50,576 bases of DNA from Nemertoderma westbladi (Eukaryota; Animalia; Xenacoelomorpha): the NCBI GenBank assembly GCA_032718475.1, contig JAUCBJ010001709.1, positions 1 through 50,576 of the forward strand. Direction: 5' to 3'. The notes below the pieces were generated by a model that was given only the letters and a program-made list of their open reading frames with translations, searched no databases and had not been told where the DNA came from. Of the stretch, positions 1 through 10,830 are shown piece after piece; the stretch's first letter is position 1, and each line of letters starts with the position of its first letter. The position numbers and the translations under genes were made by a program.

Positions 1-890
1 TCTACTGTGCCATTCAGCTGAATGGATTTGAGCGATTGCCAAGTTACAGAGTTGGATCATTCTCTGACCATAGGCAAAGACATCAAATCTTTTTAAAAAT
101 ATACTTTTTCCATGTTTTTTTTTCTGACCAAAAATTTCAAAAAAAAATTTTTCGTAGCCAGTACTGCCAATCGATTCGCCATCAAAAATAACGCAAAAAA
201 TTTTTTTTGCAAAATTTTAAATTACTGTAAATTTTTGGCGACTGGGGGGGGGTCAATTTTTTTCGATCCGCTATAACTCCGGAACGCTTTGTCCAAATTC
301 GATGGGGTTTTCATTTTTCAACTTAATTCGATGTCCTCTTTCAGCCTATCCATGTTTCCAAACCCCAAACAGCGCCGTTCAAAAATTAATTTTTTCCAGT
401 TCTAGAATTTTACAAATTTCAAAAAAGTTGCAGTATTTTATTAACGCCTTTACGGAATTCGATAGCGTTTTCGATTTTTATATTAAACGCAATATCCTGA
501 ATCTCACTAGCCTAGTTTCGCGTCACCAACGCCAAGACTTCATACTTTTTGAGGAAAATTTTTCTAGAATAATTTTTATTTAATTACATTTATCGCGATT
601 TCTTATTACTGGTTGCACATGAATTGATGGAGTTTTCAATTTATTAACTAAACACGATATCGCGCATCGCACCAGCGTGGTTTCGAAATTCCAAAACGAG
701 GTCTTCACTAGTTGCAGGTCGATTTTGTTCTAGAATTGAGTAACTAATAATAGATCGAATTTATTAATAATTATTGTATGAAATATGATTGTATTTTTAC
801 ATAATTATTAGTTCTATAATAATTCTCGTTGTCTCTTTTATTTGAAATAAAAAGTCGGTTCCTTATCGGGCCGCTAGGCCCGTCACTAGT
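1..890 (+). mobile_element. Non-autonomous Helitron2/Helentron-like (DINE-1/HINE-type) element, copy A, 5' part outside the window
   Basis: Ends in the subterminal repeat TCGGTTCCTTA, the GC hairpin CGGGCC-GCTA-GGCCCG and TCACTAGT (CTAG 3' end). Positions 1-890 are near-identical to 3457-4340. Confidence 0.7.
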
Positions 891-928
891 TAGGAACCGA
901 GAGGTTCATTACTGTAAGAATTGCTCGA

Positions 929-956
929 GACTGGCTGGCTGACTGACTGACTGACT
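929..956 (+). repeat. (GGCT/GACT)n tetranucleotide microsatellite in the element 5' core (second copy at ~2861-2894)
   Basis: Seen directly. Its position is analogous to the microsatellite in the DINE-1 core. Confidence 0.8.
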
Positions 957-1718
957 AATCTACAGCCAAAACTACTCTAACGATTTTGATGAAATTTTCA
1001 CAGCGGCTAGATACCGCGATTCTAAGGTCCCTGGTATGTTCCGCTATTTCGTCCATGAGCCGTGGGCTCGAAAAATAGACATAAACGAAAAAACGCCATA
1101 GGCGCAATGATAAAAACACCAGCTGGCACTCATGAAAAATGGATAGAGATGGCCTAGTAATGCTATTCTATAGGAATGGCCACCTAACAAGGAAATGCTT
1201 TCTGTGCCAAGTATTATCCTCACTCTACAACTCAGACAGTAAGCAAACAAAAGCCGTGGGATTCTAATGTATTACATCATAAGCTGATTGCTCTCCCAAT
1301 AGCCCTCACACACTCACTGAATCGAATGAAATCGAATATCTATTAGCTTAATGCGAATAGCTGGTAAGCTGAATGCCATTTTAGTTATTGTGTACTGTTG
1401 ATAGCAGAGTTGACTGCTATGTTGTATGTATTTAATTAAAATAATTTTCGTAGAGGGAAGTTAATTTGGGATTACTTTCTATCAGATGTAAGCAAAGCTG
1501 TTCAATGGGGTGGGTCATGGGACCCAAATATAGTACATTATGCATGGCAAACATTAATAAAATCATTCAGTCAACCTGAAGGGTATTTGCTTTAGTTAAC
1601 TCTACTGTGCGAAAAACGAATTTATAATGTTACCCATACTTCAGGTGAATGAATTTTTAGATATTTGTACTGAAGGCAACGATTTCTGATGTAATTAAAA
1701 TACAAGACAGGGGCTTGT

Positions 1719-1967
1719 TTCGATATATGTAGTTGCGCCCTTCGAGCAGCACGTGAGATGATCAAATAATAGACACAATGTTTGACTTTGTCCCTTCGAG
1801 CAGCTCGTGAGTTTTGCTTTGACCCTTCGATATATGTATTTGCGCCCTTCGAGCAGCACGTGAATTACATAAAATAATAGACACATTGTTTGACTTTGTC
1901 CCTTCGAGCAGCACGTGAGTTTTGCTTTGACCCTTCGATATATGTATTTGCGCCCTTCGAGCAGCAC
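1719..1967. repeat. ~107-108 bp tandem repeat, ~2.3 copies, with internal CCCTTCGAGCAGC(A/T)CG sub-repeats
   Basis: TTCGATATATGTA recurs at 1719, 1826 and 1934. Confidence 0.9.
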
Positions 1968-1983
1968 GGGGAGTCGACTCAGA

Positions 1984-2758
1984 CCGAGCCAAGCCGAGCC
2001 AAGCCGAGCCGAGCCGAGCCGTGCCGAGCCAAGCTGAGCCGAGCCGAGCCGAGCCGAGCCGAGCCGAGCCGAGCCGAGCCGAGCCGAGCCGAGCCGAGCC
2101 GAGCCGAGCCGAGCCGAGCCGAGCCGAGCCGAGCCGAGCCGAGCCGAGCCGAGCCGAGCCGAGCCGAGCCGAGCCGAGCCGAGCCGAGCCGTGCCGAGCC
2201 GAGCCGAGCCGAGCCGAGCCGAGCCGAGCCGAGCCGAGCCGAGCCGAGCCGAGCCGAGCCGAGCCGAGCCGAGCCGAGCCGAGCCGAGCCGAGCCGAGCC
2301 GAGCCGAGCCGAGCCGAGCCGAGCCGAGCCGAGCCGAGCCGAGCCGAGCCGAGCCGAGCCGAGCCGAGCCGAGCCGAGCCGAGCCGAGCCGAGCCGAGCC
2401 GAGCCGAGCCGAGCCGAGCCGAGCCGAGCCGAGCCGAGCCGAGCCGAGCCGAGCCGAGCCGAGCCGAGCCGAGCCGAGCCGAGCCGAGCCGAGCCGAGCC
2501 GAGCCGAGCCGAGCCGAGCCGAGCCGAGCCGAGCCGAGCCGAGCCGAGCCGAGCCGAGCCGAGCCGAGCCGAGCCGAGCCGAGCCGAGCCGAGCCGAGCC
2601 GAGCCGAGCCGAGCCGAGCCGAGCCGAGCCGAACCGAACCGAGCCGAGCCGAGCCGAGCTGAGCCGAGCCGAGCCGAGCCGAGCCTAATCGAGCCAAACC
2701 GAGCCGATCAAGCCAAGTCGAACTTAATCGTGCCCAATCGTGCAAGACCGAGCCGAGC
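1984..2758. repeat. (GAGCC)n pentanucleotide tract with degenerate edges
   Basis: Nearly pure GAGCC from ~2036 to ~2630, with decayed copies on both flanks. Confidence 0.98.
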
Positions 2759-2823
2759 TCGTTGTCTCTTTTATTTGAAATAAAAAGTCGGTTCCTTATC
2801 GGGCCGCTAGGCCCGTCACTAGT

Positions 2824-4340
2824 TAGGAACCGAGAGGTTCATTACTGTAAGAATTGTTGGTGGCTGGCTGGCTGACTGACTGGCTGGCTGACTGATCTAC
2901 AGCCAAAACTACTCTAACGATTTTGATGAAATTTTCACAGCGGCTAGATACCGCGATTCTAAGGTCCCTGGTATGTTCCGCTATTTCGTCCATGAGCCGC
3001 TGGGCTCGAAAAATAGACATAAACGAAAAAACGCCATAGGCGCAATGGTAAAATAACACCCATGACAGCTGGTGTCCTGATGAAAAATGGCTTATGTAAT
3101 GCATTTCTACACAAGGCTTAGTATAAATCGATGAGGTTGCCAAGATTATTGTACTTAGTACACCCATACTGTTTGTTTAGGCCCTGCACTCTCTGTCAAA
3201 GCAAATATTAACTGGTTGATTTAGTTTGTGGTTCTACACAGGCTTAGTATAAATCGATGAGGCTGCCAACTGGTTGGTTTAGTTTGCAATCTATTACCGC
3301 CTCAGCTGAATAACTCTTCCCCCTGCTGAATGACTATTAGGTATACAGTGTATCGGCTACATTAATGCCAACATTATTGCAAAATGTTTTATTGTTTGAT
3401 TACTCTCTGTCAGTCTCCCCTTCAGAACATTGTATAGGAAATTTACTTTAGTTTACTCTACTGTGCCATTCAGCTGAATGGATTTGAGCGATTGCCAAGT
3501 TACAGAGTTGGATCATTCTCTGACCATAGGCAAAGGCAAATCTTGTTAAAATATACTTTTTCCATGTTTTTTTTTCTGACCAAAAATTTCAAAAAAAAAT
3601 TTTCGTAGCCAGTACTGCCAATCGATTCGCCATCAAAAATAACGCAAAAAATTTTTTTTGCAAAATTTTAAATTACTGTAAATTTTTGGCGACTGGGGGG
3701 GGTCAATTTTTTTCGATCCGCTATAACTCCGGAACGCTTTGTCCAAATTCGATGGGGTTTTCATTTTTCAACTTAATTCGATGTCCTCTTTCAGCCTATC
3801 CATGTTTCGAAACCCCAAACACCGCCGTTCAAAAATAAATTTTTTCTAGTTCTAGAATTTTACAAATTTCAAAAAAGTTGCAGTATTTTATTAACGCCTT
3901 TACGGAATTCGATAGCGTTTTCGATTTTTATATTAAACGCAATATCCTGAATCTCACTAGCCTAGTTTCGCGTCACCAATGCCAAGACTTCATACTTTTT
4001 GAGGAAAATTTTTCTAGAATAATTTTTATTTAATTACATTTATCGCGATTTCTTATTACTGGATGCACATGAATTGATGGAGTTATCAATTTATTAACTA
4101 AACACGATATCGCGCATCGCACCAGCGTGGTTTCGAAATTCCAAAACGAGGTCTTCACTAGTTGCAGGTCGATTTTGTTCTAGAATGGAGCAACTAATTA
4201 TAGATCGAATTTATTAATAATTATTGTATGAAATATGATTGTATTTTTACATAATTATTAGTTCTATACTAATTCTCGTTGTCTCTTTTATTTAAAATAA
4301 AAAGTCGGTTCCTTATCGGGCCGCTAGGCCCGTCACTAGT
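2824..4340 (+). mobile_element. Non-autonomous Helitron2/Helentron-like element, copy C
   Basis: The 5' ~230 bp match 891-1120 and the 3' ~885 bp match 1-890. Same termini as copy B, followed by TT. Confidence 0.72.
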
Positions 4341-5395
4341 TTAACGCACTATAAGTCTGTGTAAACAAATCTCCCGTAAGTTAAGTAGTTTTCGAGCTAG
4401 ACGATTTCCCGCGAAGCAAGTTTGAAGCGCGAAATTATAATTTTGGCCCTCATTTTTTTAATATCATCCTTGGAGCAAAACCGATAGCATATTTGAATTC
4501 CCCGTATGGATATTGACTGTATAGAATGTACCTTAACCAACTAAAGTTAAAAATAAAAAATTATTCGATAAAAACTACTTTACAAATTCTGGCCCTTTTT
4601 GGCCCCTATTGCCGACATATTTTTTGGACCCCCATTCGATAGGAACGTAGCCCCAATGGTCTTCTACGAGTTTCATAAAAGAATTAGTGGATTCCTACCC
4701 GCGTTGTCGAATTAAACATTTCGGAAATAAGTTTTCCAAAAAAGACGGACAAAAACTTACAAATTTACAGCCCCTTTTTCCACCCGAAATTTAAATAAAT
4801 ATTTTACCCCCATTCGATACGAAGGTAGTACCACTCTTCCCCTTTCCAACCGCGTTACTTTCGTCCCCGTACGATTAATATTAGCCGAGTTATAGCGGAT
4901 CCCGCAAAGTCATTTTGTCATTTTTTCAACTTTGACGGACATTTTCGGAAAAAAGGCGTGGTAATCTTTTTTGAAAAAAAAAACGAATTCACTAATTAAT
5001 CCCTTCTATCGTATCCCGGCGTCGGCTAAGCAATAACCTAGGGTTTTTTCGAGCCACTGTAGAGCGCCTTTCAAAAAAATTTTAAAATTGTCGAAAAAAT
5101 GACGGATTTTTGTCCGCCGTGTCCGTCGAAGGGTTAGATTTAATAATGTTAGAGTTGCTAATATCTTAGAATTCCGAGCCGCCGCTCGGAAATAAAAAAA
5201 TTTGGTCTGTTCCTTCATCGAAAAGTCCCCCAGAATCCCAAGTTAACCTATATAGTTAGCGATGGCCTGCGGCTTTAGGAGCGGCCGCGGTATTCACCTC
5301 CCTCATAGCGGCCGCGGCGGTGTTGCGTCAAATGGAGAAATATTTATCCCACCAAGGTATGTAAAAAACTAAAAATAAACGGTTGTAGAACAATG

Positions 5396-5529
5396 CGGTC
5401 CCGGACAACCGAATTGACCGAATTGCCCCGACCGAATTATTCGGTCCGTACAATTCGGTCCCGGACAATTCGGTCCCAAAAGACTAAAAAATTGGAACCG
5501 AATAGTCCGGGACCGAATTGTCCGGTTCC
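5396..5529. repeat. Short MITE-like remnant built from direct and inverted ~15-bp GGACAATTCGGTCCC units
   Basis: CCGGACAATTCGGTCCC (~5461-5477) is inverted as GGGACCGAATTGTCCGG (~5509-5525). Several further CCGAATT/AATTCGG copies are present. Confidence 0.6.
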
Positions 5530-5619
5530 TGATACTGTAGAAACTTTTAGCGTTTTTCAGTAGTTTTTTGATATTGGTGAATGTTCTAGAACATTAGTAG
5601 ATATATTTTTTTATGGTAG

Positions 5620-6005
5620 CTACTACTACTACTACTACTAGGTCGAGCGAACTCGGACAGTAGAAATGAGATCCTTAGTAGTAGAAGAAGAATGTGGGAC
5701 TGTGATACTACTACTAGGTCGAGCGAACTCGGACAGTGAAAATGAGATCCTTCCAGGCTTCTCGATTCCTCCATAGTTGTCGCAATTTCGTTTCTCCCAA
5801 GTTCAGTATCCCTTTCAAGTTGATCTATATATGTTATGGCAGGTCGTCCACGACTACGCTTTCCATGAGTTGGTTGCCAGAGAAGTAGATCTGGTATGAC
5901 CTCGTCTTTACTTCGCCAGCAGTGCCCACTGAATCTTAATCTGCGTTCACGGAGGGTGGTTGATACAGGTGGTATTGTACCATAAAGCTCGGCGTTTGTC
6001 ATGTT
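5620..6005 (-). mobile_element. 5'-truncated RTE-clade-like non-LTR retrotransposon (C-terminal ORF end plus (TAG)n tail)
   Basis: Translation NAELYG..RERRLRFSGHCWR...LLLWQP..GKRSRGRPAITYIDQL resembles the region after the RT domain in RTE-type LINEs. A short-tandem-repeat 3' tail is typical of RTE. The last ~55 nt are duplicated. Confidence 0.8.
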
Positions 6006-6862
6006 GTTCGCGCTTTTAGACCTTTAACAGTTTAACCTGCTAATTTAAGTGTCTCCTTAAATCGACTATTGCCCTTGCTAATTGACATCAGTTCAAACCA
6101 GTCTATGCGCGGCGTATGACCCACTGTGTGGGAGACTGGATTCGGTTCTAGAGAAAGTTATTGCAGTGTAGGCTACTTTGTATCATTCGATTGATCGCTA
6201 CTATATAATCTCCGACAACTATAATTACTTTCGGGGAAATATTAACAGTTCCTTTGGGACGTATGGCGCTTTAAGTATCAAACAGAGTTATGACTTACAC
6301 TAATCACAACTGGAGGCTATAGTGTATCGCAAATAGCGCATTGTTTAGGAATGCTTTATTAACCTTCACACAATTCGCACTAATGCACACTGATTTGCCG
6401 ACCGTGACTAATTTTGATCATATATAAGGAGGATTGCAACTGACATACGTAAGGATTATGAAATATCATTTAATTCCCACAAAAACCACTATAATTTGAG
6501 TCACAATTGCTACCGGTACACCCTTATGCCTACCTCAGTAATTAAGAAAGTTGAGGGGTTTACGATTATTTATCAGTATTCTCCAAATATAAAATCCATT
6601 TATATAAACAGCAATTAACAACAATTTAAAACAGCATTAACCCATATATACCCAACCTCGATTTTTTTATTTTTTTGTAATGGGTAGCTGGGTTTGGATA
6701 CAAAACCCATAAACATAACAATTTTTTCCAAAAAAAATGGAACTGGAGATTTTTATTGCATGAAATATAACTGTAAGTTTATTCTGACAGTAGTGACATA
6801 GCGTATATTTATTATGTTTTTTTCAAAAACTAACACGAATATAGTTTATACACAAAACATCA

Positions 6863-7720
6863 TTATATAGAGTTATTTGGTGCGAAAGGACTTGAACAAG
6901 TAGGATGCAATCCTACATTGCACTTCTCACAATAGTATACTGTAGTGCCCTTACAACCAATGTAGGCACATCGTCGTTGGCCACCTTGAACAATCCAGTG
7001 ACCAATTGCATCGAAGCGCACAGCAGGTAAAACTCGTTTATCAACAGGCAATCTCGGTGCAGGAAACAAACTGCTGCTCCCTCTATTAGTTCTAAAACGC
7101 GCGAAATATGTTTGTGCAATGACTAGTCGAAAGCCAAGTAAATCCAAGCGCGATTGATGACTTTCGCACACTTTGTACCGACTTAATTGATAAGCATTAA
7201 AAACTGCTAAATCAAGGCAAAACCGAAATATCGGCCACCACCACTTCTTTGTCCTATGACTCACCATGTAACATGACAACCCTTGATCGAGACAATCAAC
7301 ACCACCCATTCCATGATTGTATATTTGAATACAACATGGTTGGTTGATCTCTACCCGTTTCCTCTGTTCATGTGAATATCGCCGAGCTACTGCTAAGGGA
7401 GTGGCAGAAGCAAATGTTGATGCAACATACACAGGCTTGTTGCCTTTCCAGCTCGTTACTGAAACCACTTTTTCAGAGACAATATCATAGGCTCCACGTT
7501 TCTTTACTTACATCTTCTAGACTTTGCAGTGCTCCCTTTAGGCGATTTTTACGAATAGTTCCTGTTGCGGCAAACCCATTTGATGACAGACTTTCCAATA
7601 GGGGAATAGATGTGATAAAGTTATCAAAAACCAAGTGATGATGACTGTTTGAATTAGGTTTAGGAATGGACTCTATTAAGGTTCATTACAACTGATCCAC
7701 CCAAACCAATCTTGTTATCA
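6863..7720 (-). pseudogene. piggyBac (PGBD-type DDD) transposase, C-terminal half, frameshifted
   Basis: Motifs GLGGSVV, FDNFITS, ATGTIRKNR, YNHGMGGVDCLDQ, KKWWWPIF and a Cys-rich C-terminus (RRCAYIGC..YCEKCNVGLHPTC). Frameshifts near 7500 and 7678. The N-terminal catalytic part is absent. Confidence 0.92.
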
Positions 7721-8011
7721 TGTGATTATTATTGATTATCTCATTATACAATGATGACTGAATCAATTAATATTGTACATATTATTTCAAAAGCACATTA
7801 CAGTGCCACTACGATTACCAGTATTTTTATCCATACATTATTGTTTCTGTGGATATCAGATTATACTACTGTCAGTTTAGACTTACACTGGAATTAACTC
7901 TTATTACATAAGACCTGGCATGAACTGCAATGTTATGTTAATAGATATCAAGTCTATAGATGTCCATCAACATGTTTTATTATAATCTTTTATATAAATT
8001 TGTTAAAATAA

Positions 8012-8055
8012 ACTTACCACGACTTCTGTTTCCGGTACTGATCACTCGACGCCAT
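8012..8055 (-). other. Putative short first coding exon and splice donor of the piggyBac transposase
   Basis: Minus strand reads ATGGCGTCGAGT...AAGTCGTG|GTAAGT, about 185 bp inside the 5' TIR. An E2F-like TTTCCCGC lies at ~8177-8184. Confidence 0.45.
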
Positions 8056-8451
8056 TCTGGAACTTCAAATATTTATATCAGTAATTACACAACAAGTAAC
8101 ATACTAGTATGGTGAATATCAGTAAAGGGCAGTTATTCAGTGATACGTGGAGCTTTAGAAACTCACACAATTTGAATTTCCCGCCAATTGATGGCAATAA
8201 TTGTACTGTCATTTTAAACTGACATTAGTATAATATGGGTTAAGAAGACAGTGCGGTGAACAGGGTCAGTATGTGTTATGTTGAGTTGGTACGTATGATT
8301 CGTTCGATGCGGTGAATTACGTGAAATACGATGTGCAGTGTTAATAGATTTGCGTTCTTATGACTCTAGCCTTTGATGTTTTTTGGACAAAGTCTGAAAC
8401 GTCAGAACTTCAGAAAGAATCCAGAATGAAGAAGGATTCTAGGAAAAAAGG

Positions 8452-8516
8452 TGGCGCATGCGCCATTTTCCGTAGGCCGCTATTAACGGGGCCGGGGAGA
8501 GTGCTCTGATTGGCTG
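8452..8516. promoter_or_regulatory. Motif cluster: 14-bp palindrome TGGCGCATGCGCCA (NRF1-like core), overlapping YY1-like CGCCATTTT, and a CCAAT box (CTGATTGGCTG)
   Basis: Motifs are read directly from the sequence; function is inferred only. Confidence 0.35.
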
Positions 8517-9387
8517 AAATATGTCAAACAAAGAAAATTCCACACACAAAGAAACAGCTGGCAGATTTCGTCATCTCAGTCCTGTATTTCGTGACAGACG
8601 CGTTGGTGAACAATTCTAAGCCCTTTCTAGACTTTTCTAGAGCTTTTACACCGCTATCTAATATATAAAAAATACTCTAAACTATCAGTCCTTCTTTCGC
8701 GAACGGCGTTTACGAAGTTTTTTGAGACTGGTGAGTCTTTTTCTCTTTGGGGCGAGCCACTTTACTAGGAGGGTTATAACTCCTGGGGAAAGGGTGCAAT
8801 ACAATTGCATCGGAAGGGTTTGGATTACAGTCGGTGTATCCGCCGGTCGAGGTACCCGTTTGATCGATGTCGACATCGGTGGATTGGGAGTGAACAACCT
8901 TTAGGGCTCATTTCAGGACGGCAGCTCGTACTGGTCCTTGATGGGTCGTCTGTACGATAGTGGTAGGTGGACCGTCTGGTTACTCCTAAATTCTAAATTC
9001 TCTGGCTTTATATTCATATGGTCGTCTCTGAACTTCTTGCAACTCGGGATGTGAGTTTATGAATAAGTCACCGTATTCAGGATCTTGGCGGATAAAGTTA
9101 ATCAAGTTATAAGAATTCAAGCTACTGGGGTTGATATTTCTCAGATATTTGCGAACGTATTTGGTTGAAATGTTCTCACCAACACGTTTCATCAGTTCGT
9201 AACTGGGGGTGCGAGATTTTTGTTCAACGGAGGAAAAGAGGTATGGATGAAACGCATAAACTCCTTCATATGCACGTCCTGGATAGTATTGGTGACGTGA
9301 TTCGCAATGGGGATCCACATTAGCTTCCCAAGATCTGATGTAGCACAACGCAACTATTTCATCCACGCTTTCTAGGTCTCGGTTGAA

Positions 9388-9588
9388 AGGGCAATCAAAA
9401 CTAGCGTGTCCTTTGAATTGGCAGTGGTGACATTGAGTCATAAATTGAGGACAAACAGCGAAAATATGCTGATTGTTAAGTCGACAATAAGCACAATAAA
9501 TTTCCATAATAGTTTGGTCTTTAAAGTAGGAGCCGGGTTTGTTGGAGTCTACTGGGGTAAAATGGTCCCGTGATGCACATAATCGGCA
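9388..9588 (-). other. Tandem CCHC zinc-knuckle region
   Basis: CRLCASRDHF (last Cys missing), CAYCRLNNQHIFAVC (Cx2Cx5Hx4C) and CHHCQFKGHASFDC (Cx2Cx4Hx4C) are all in one frame. Confidence 0.8.
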
Positions 9589-10109
9589 ACGTTTCCTAGA
9601 ATTGTAATTGGCATGCCGATAATCATATGCCGTGAGACATTATGGACCTTGATACCATTCCAACACATAATCATTATCGCTACTCCTGGGCGTTGCAGGT
9701 TGAATTTCTTCAGATTCCAAGCAAATAATTGGTTCTTCTTCAACTTGCATAGCTTCGATAGATGTAGCCATTTTCTCAAGGGAACCCACCGTTTGAACTT
9801 CCACAATAGAGTATCCCGTGGGGATTCGGGGTCTTTGTATGACAGATGAATGTAGATTCTGTATACAAACGTCCTTAAAAATGGCAAATCCAGCGCTATC
9901 CAATTTCTCAGAGGCGGAATGTCTCAAGCTGAATTTGGTCAAAGCGCGGTCTTTAAACTGACTGTCAACGTTACGGAACGGAGTCAGAAAGCGCCTAAAG
10001 CATTTGAATCGGATGAATTTATTGTGTTCATCTAGCTTCGCGAGTTTAGTTCCAAGCACTAAGGGATGAGCGCGTATAGTTCGACTGCACACATCGGCTA
10101 GCCAACCGG

Positions 10110-10830
10110 CAAGTGCGGCGTTCTCAAAGATGGTATATATAGCTAATGAGGGACTGAGTGGAACACTCATAAAGCTATAAATGACTCCAGGTGCTGTTAA
10201 TGGTCCGTCAAAATATAAACGCGAATAATGGTCGCCATATATTTGTTGATAACTGACGGGATTCCCAACTTTAAAATTCCATCCATATTCCTGGAAGGCC
10301 AGATGTCCGATGGAGGTTCTTTGTACTTTGTTGATTCCGCTCGGTGTATTGGCATACATATTACATAGTTCGGAAGAATCCTCGGCCTTCTGCCCATGGT
10401 GCAATCAATTGAGTGTCTACGAAAGGATATGGGATGTTCTCCATATTTCTAAAGTCATTTTGGAGATCTCCACAAATGGCTGAACCGATCTTAACTATTC
10501 TCTCGTCAAACAGCATCTCGAGGACTGGTTGGGGTAACAGATCCATCTATACCCATGGCCGGTTTGCGTTCGGTATTGGTTACATAGCGTTGCGCGAGTT
10601 TGAATTGTCCATGTCGAAGTTTCTTTTGTATCTCTGTGAGAGTCTCAAAAGAGTAATCGATTGCGTCGGAACAAGCCCGAGTGAAAACATGGGTAGAACC
10701 ATCTAATCATCGTATATGTATCATTCTTGTAGTTCCGAGTTCTCCAACAGGGACACTACCTTCGTTATCATAAGTAACAACTCCGTACATTTCGATAACG
10801 TTAAGAGTTTCGTTCCACTCTTTGGTGGCT
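10110..10830 (-). pseudogene. DEDDy/DnaQ-like 3'-5' exonuclease domain (WRN-exo/EXD/Egalitarian/RNase D-like), disrupted
   Basis: ExoI VVTYDNEG (~10770); RMIHIR*LDGSTHVF; LPQPVLEMLFDERIVKIGSAICGD (ExoII); FVDTQLI; RTSIGHLAFQEYG; PLSPSLAIYTIFE (ExoIII YxxxD, here with E). Recognised by motif, not by a database search. Confidence 0.72.

Larger units (their letters stand above)
891..2823 (+). mobile_element. Non-autonomous Helitron2/Helentron-like element, copy B, with internal tandem repeats
   Basis: Starts TAGGAACCGA (inverted complement of the 3' subterminal TCGGTTCCT) with a 5' mini-hairpin GAACC-GAGA-GGTTC, then a (GGCT/GACT)n microsatellite. Ends with the same ~65-bp 3' module (2759-2823), hairpin and CTAGT. 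Confidence 0.72.
6641..8239 (-). mobile_element. Internally deleted piggyBac DNA transposon (~1.6 kb)
   Basis: TTAA at 6637-6640 and 8240-8243. Imperfect TIRs CCCATATATAC and CCCATATTATAC (reverse complement). Transposase remnant inside. Confidence 0.9.

Noticed and set aside
1695-2783. AEPSR / LGSAR repeat ORFs and neighbouring short ORFs
   Set aside because: Translations of the stop-free (GAGCC)n tract and the 107-bp repeat; open in several frames on both strands.
302-3167. Short ORFs at 302-583, 1044-1250 and 2823-3167
   Set aside because: They lie within non-autonomous repeat sequence and show no protein motifs.
4341-5380. Possible further non-autonomous transposon (repeated CCCCCATTCGATA; GAGTTATAGCGGATC inverted relative to the Helitron interior)
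   Set aside because: No termini or TSD could be defined and the 70-aa ORF has no recognisable motif, so it is left unclassified.
8370-8408. Penelope-type minimal hammerhead ribozyme (GGAC-AAA-GTCT-GAAACGTCAG)
   Set aside because: The GAAAC-GTC half is present, but the CUGANGA core reads TTGATGT and stem I is poor. An Infernal/RNAmotif search on intact copies would be needed.
9388-9495. Nanos zinc-finger gene
   Set aside because: The tandem CCHC layout is similar, but spacing (Cx2Cx5Hx4C, Cx2Cx4Hx4C) matches knuckles, not the Nanos Cx2Cx12Hx10C pattern.
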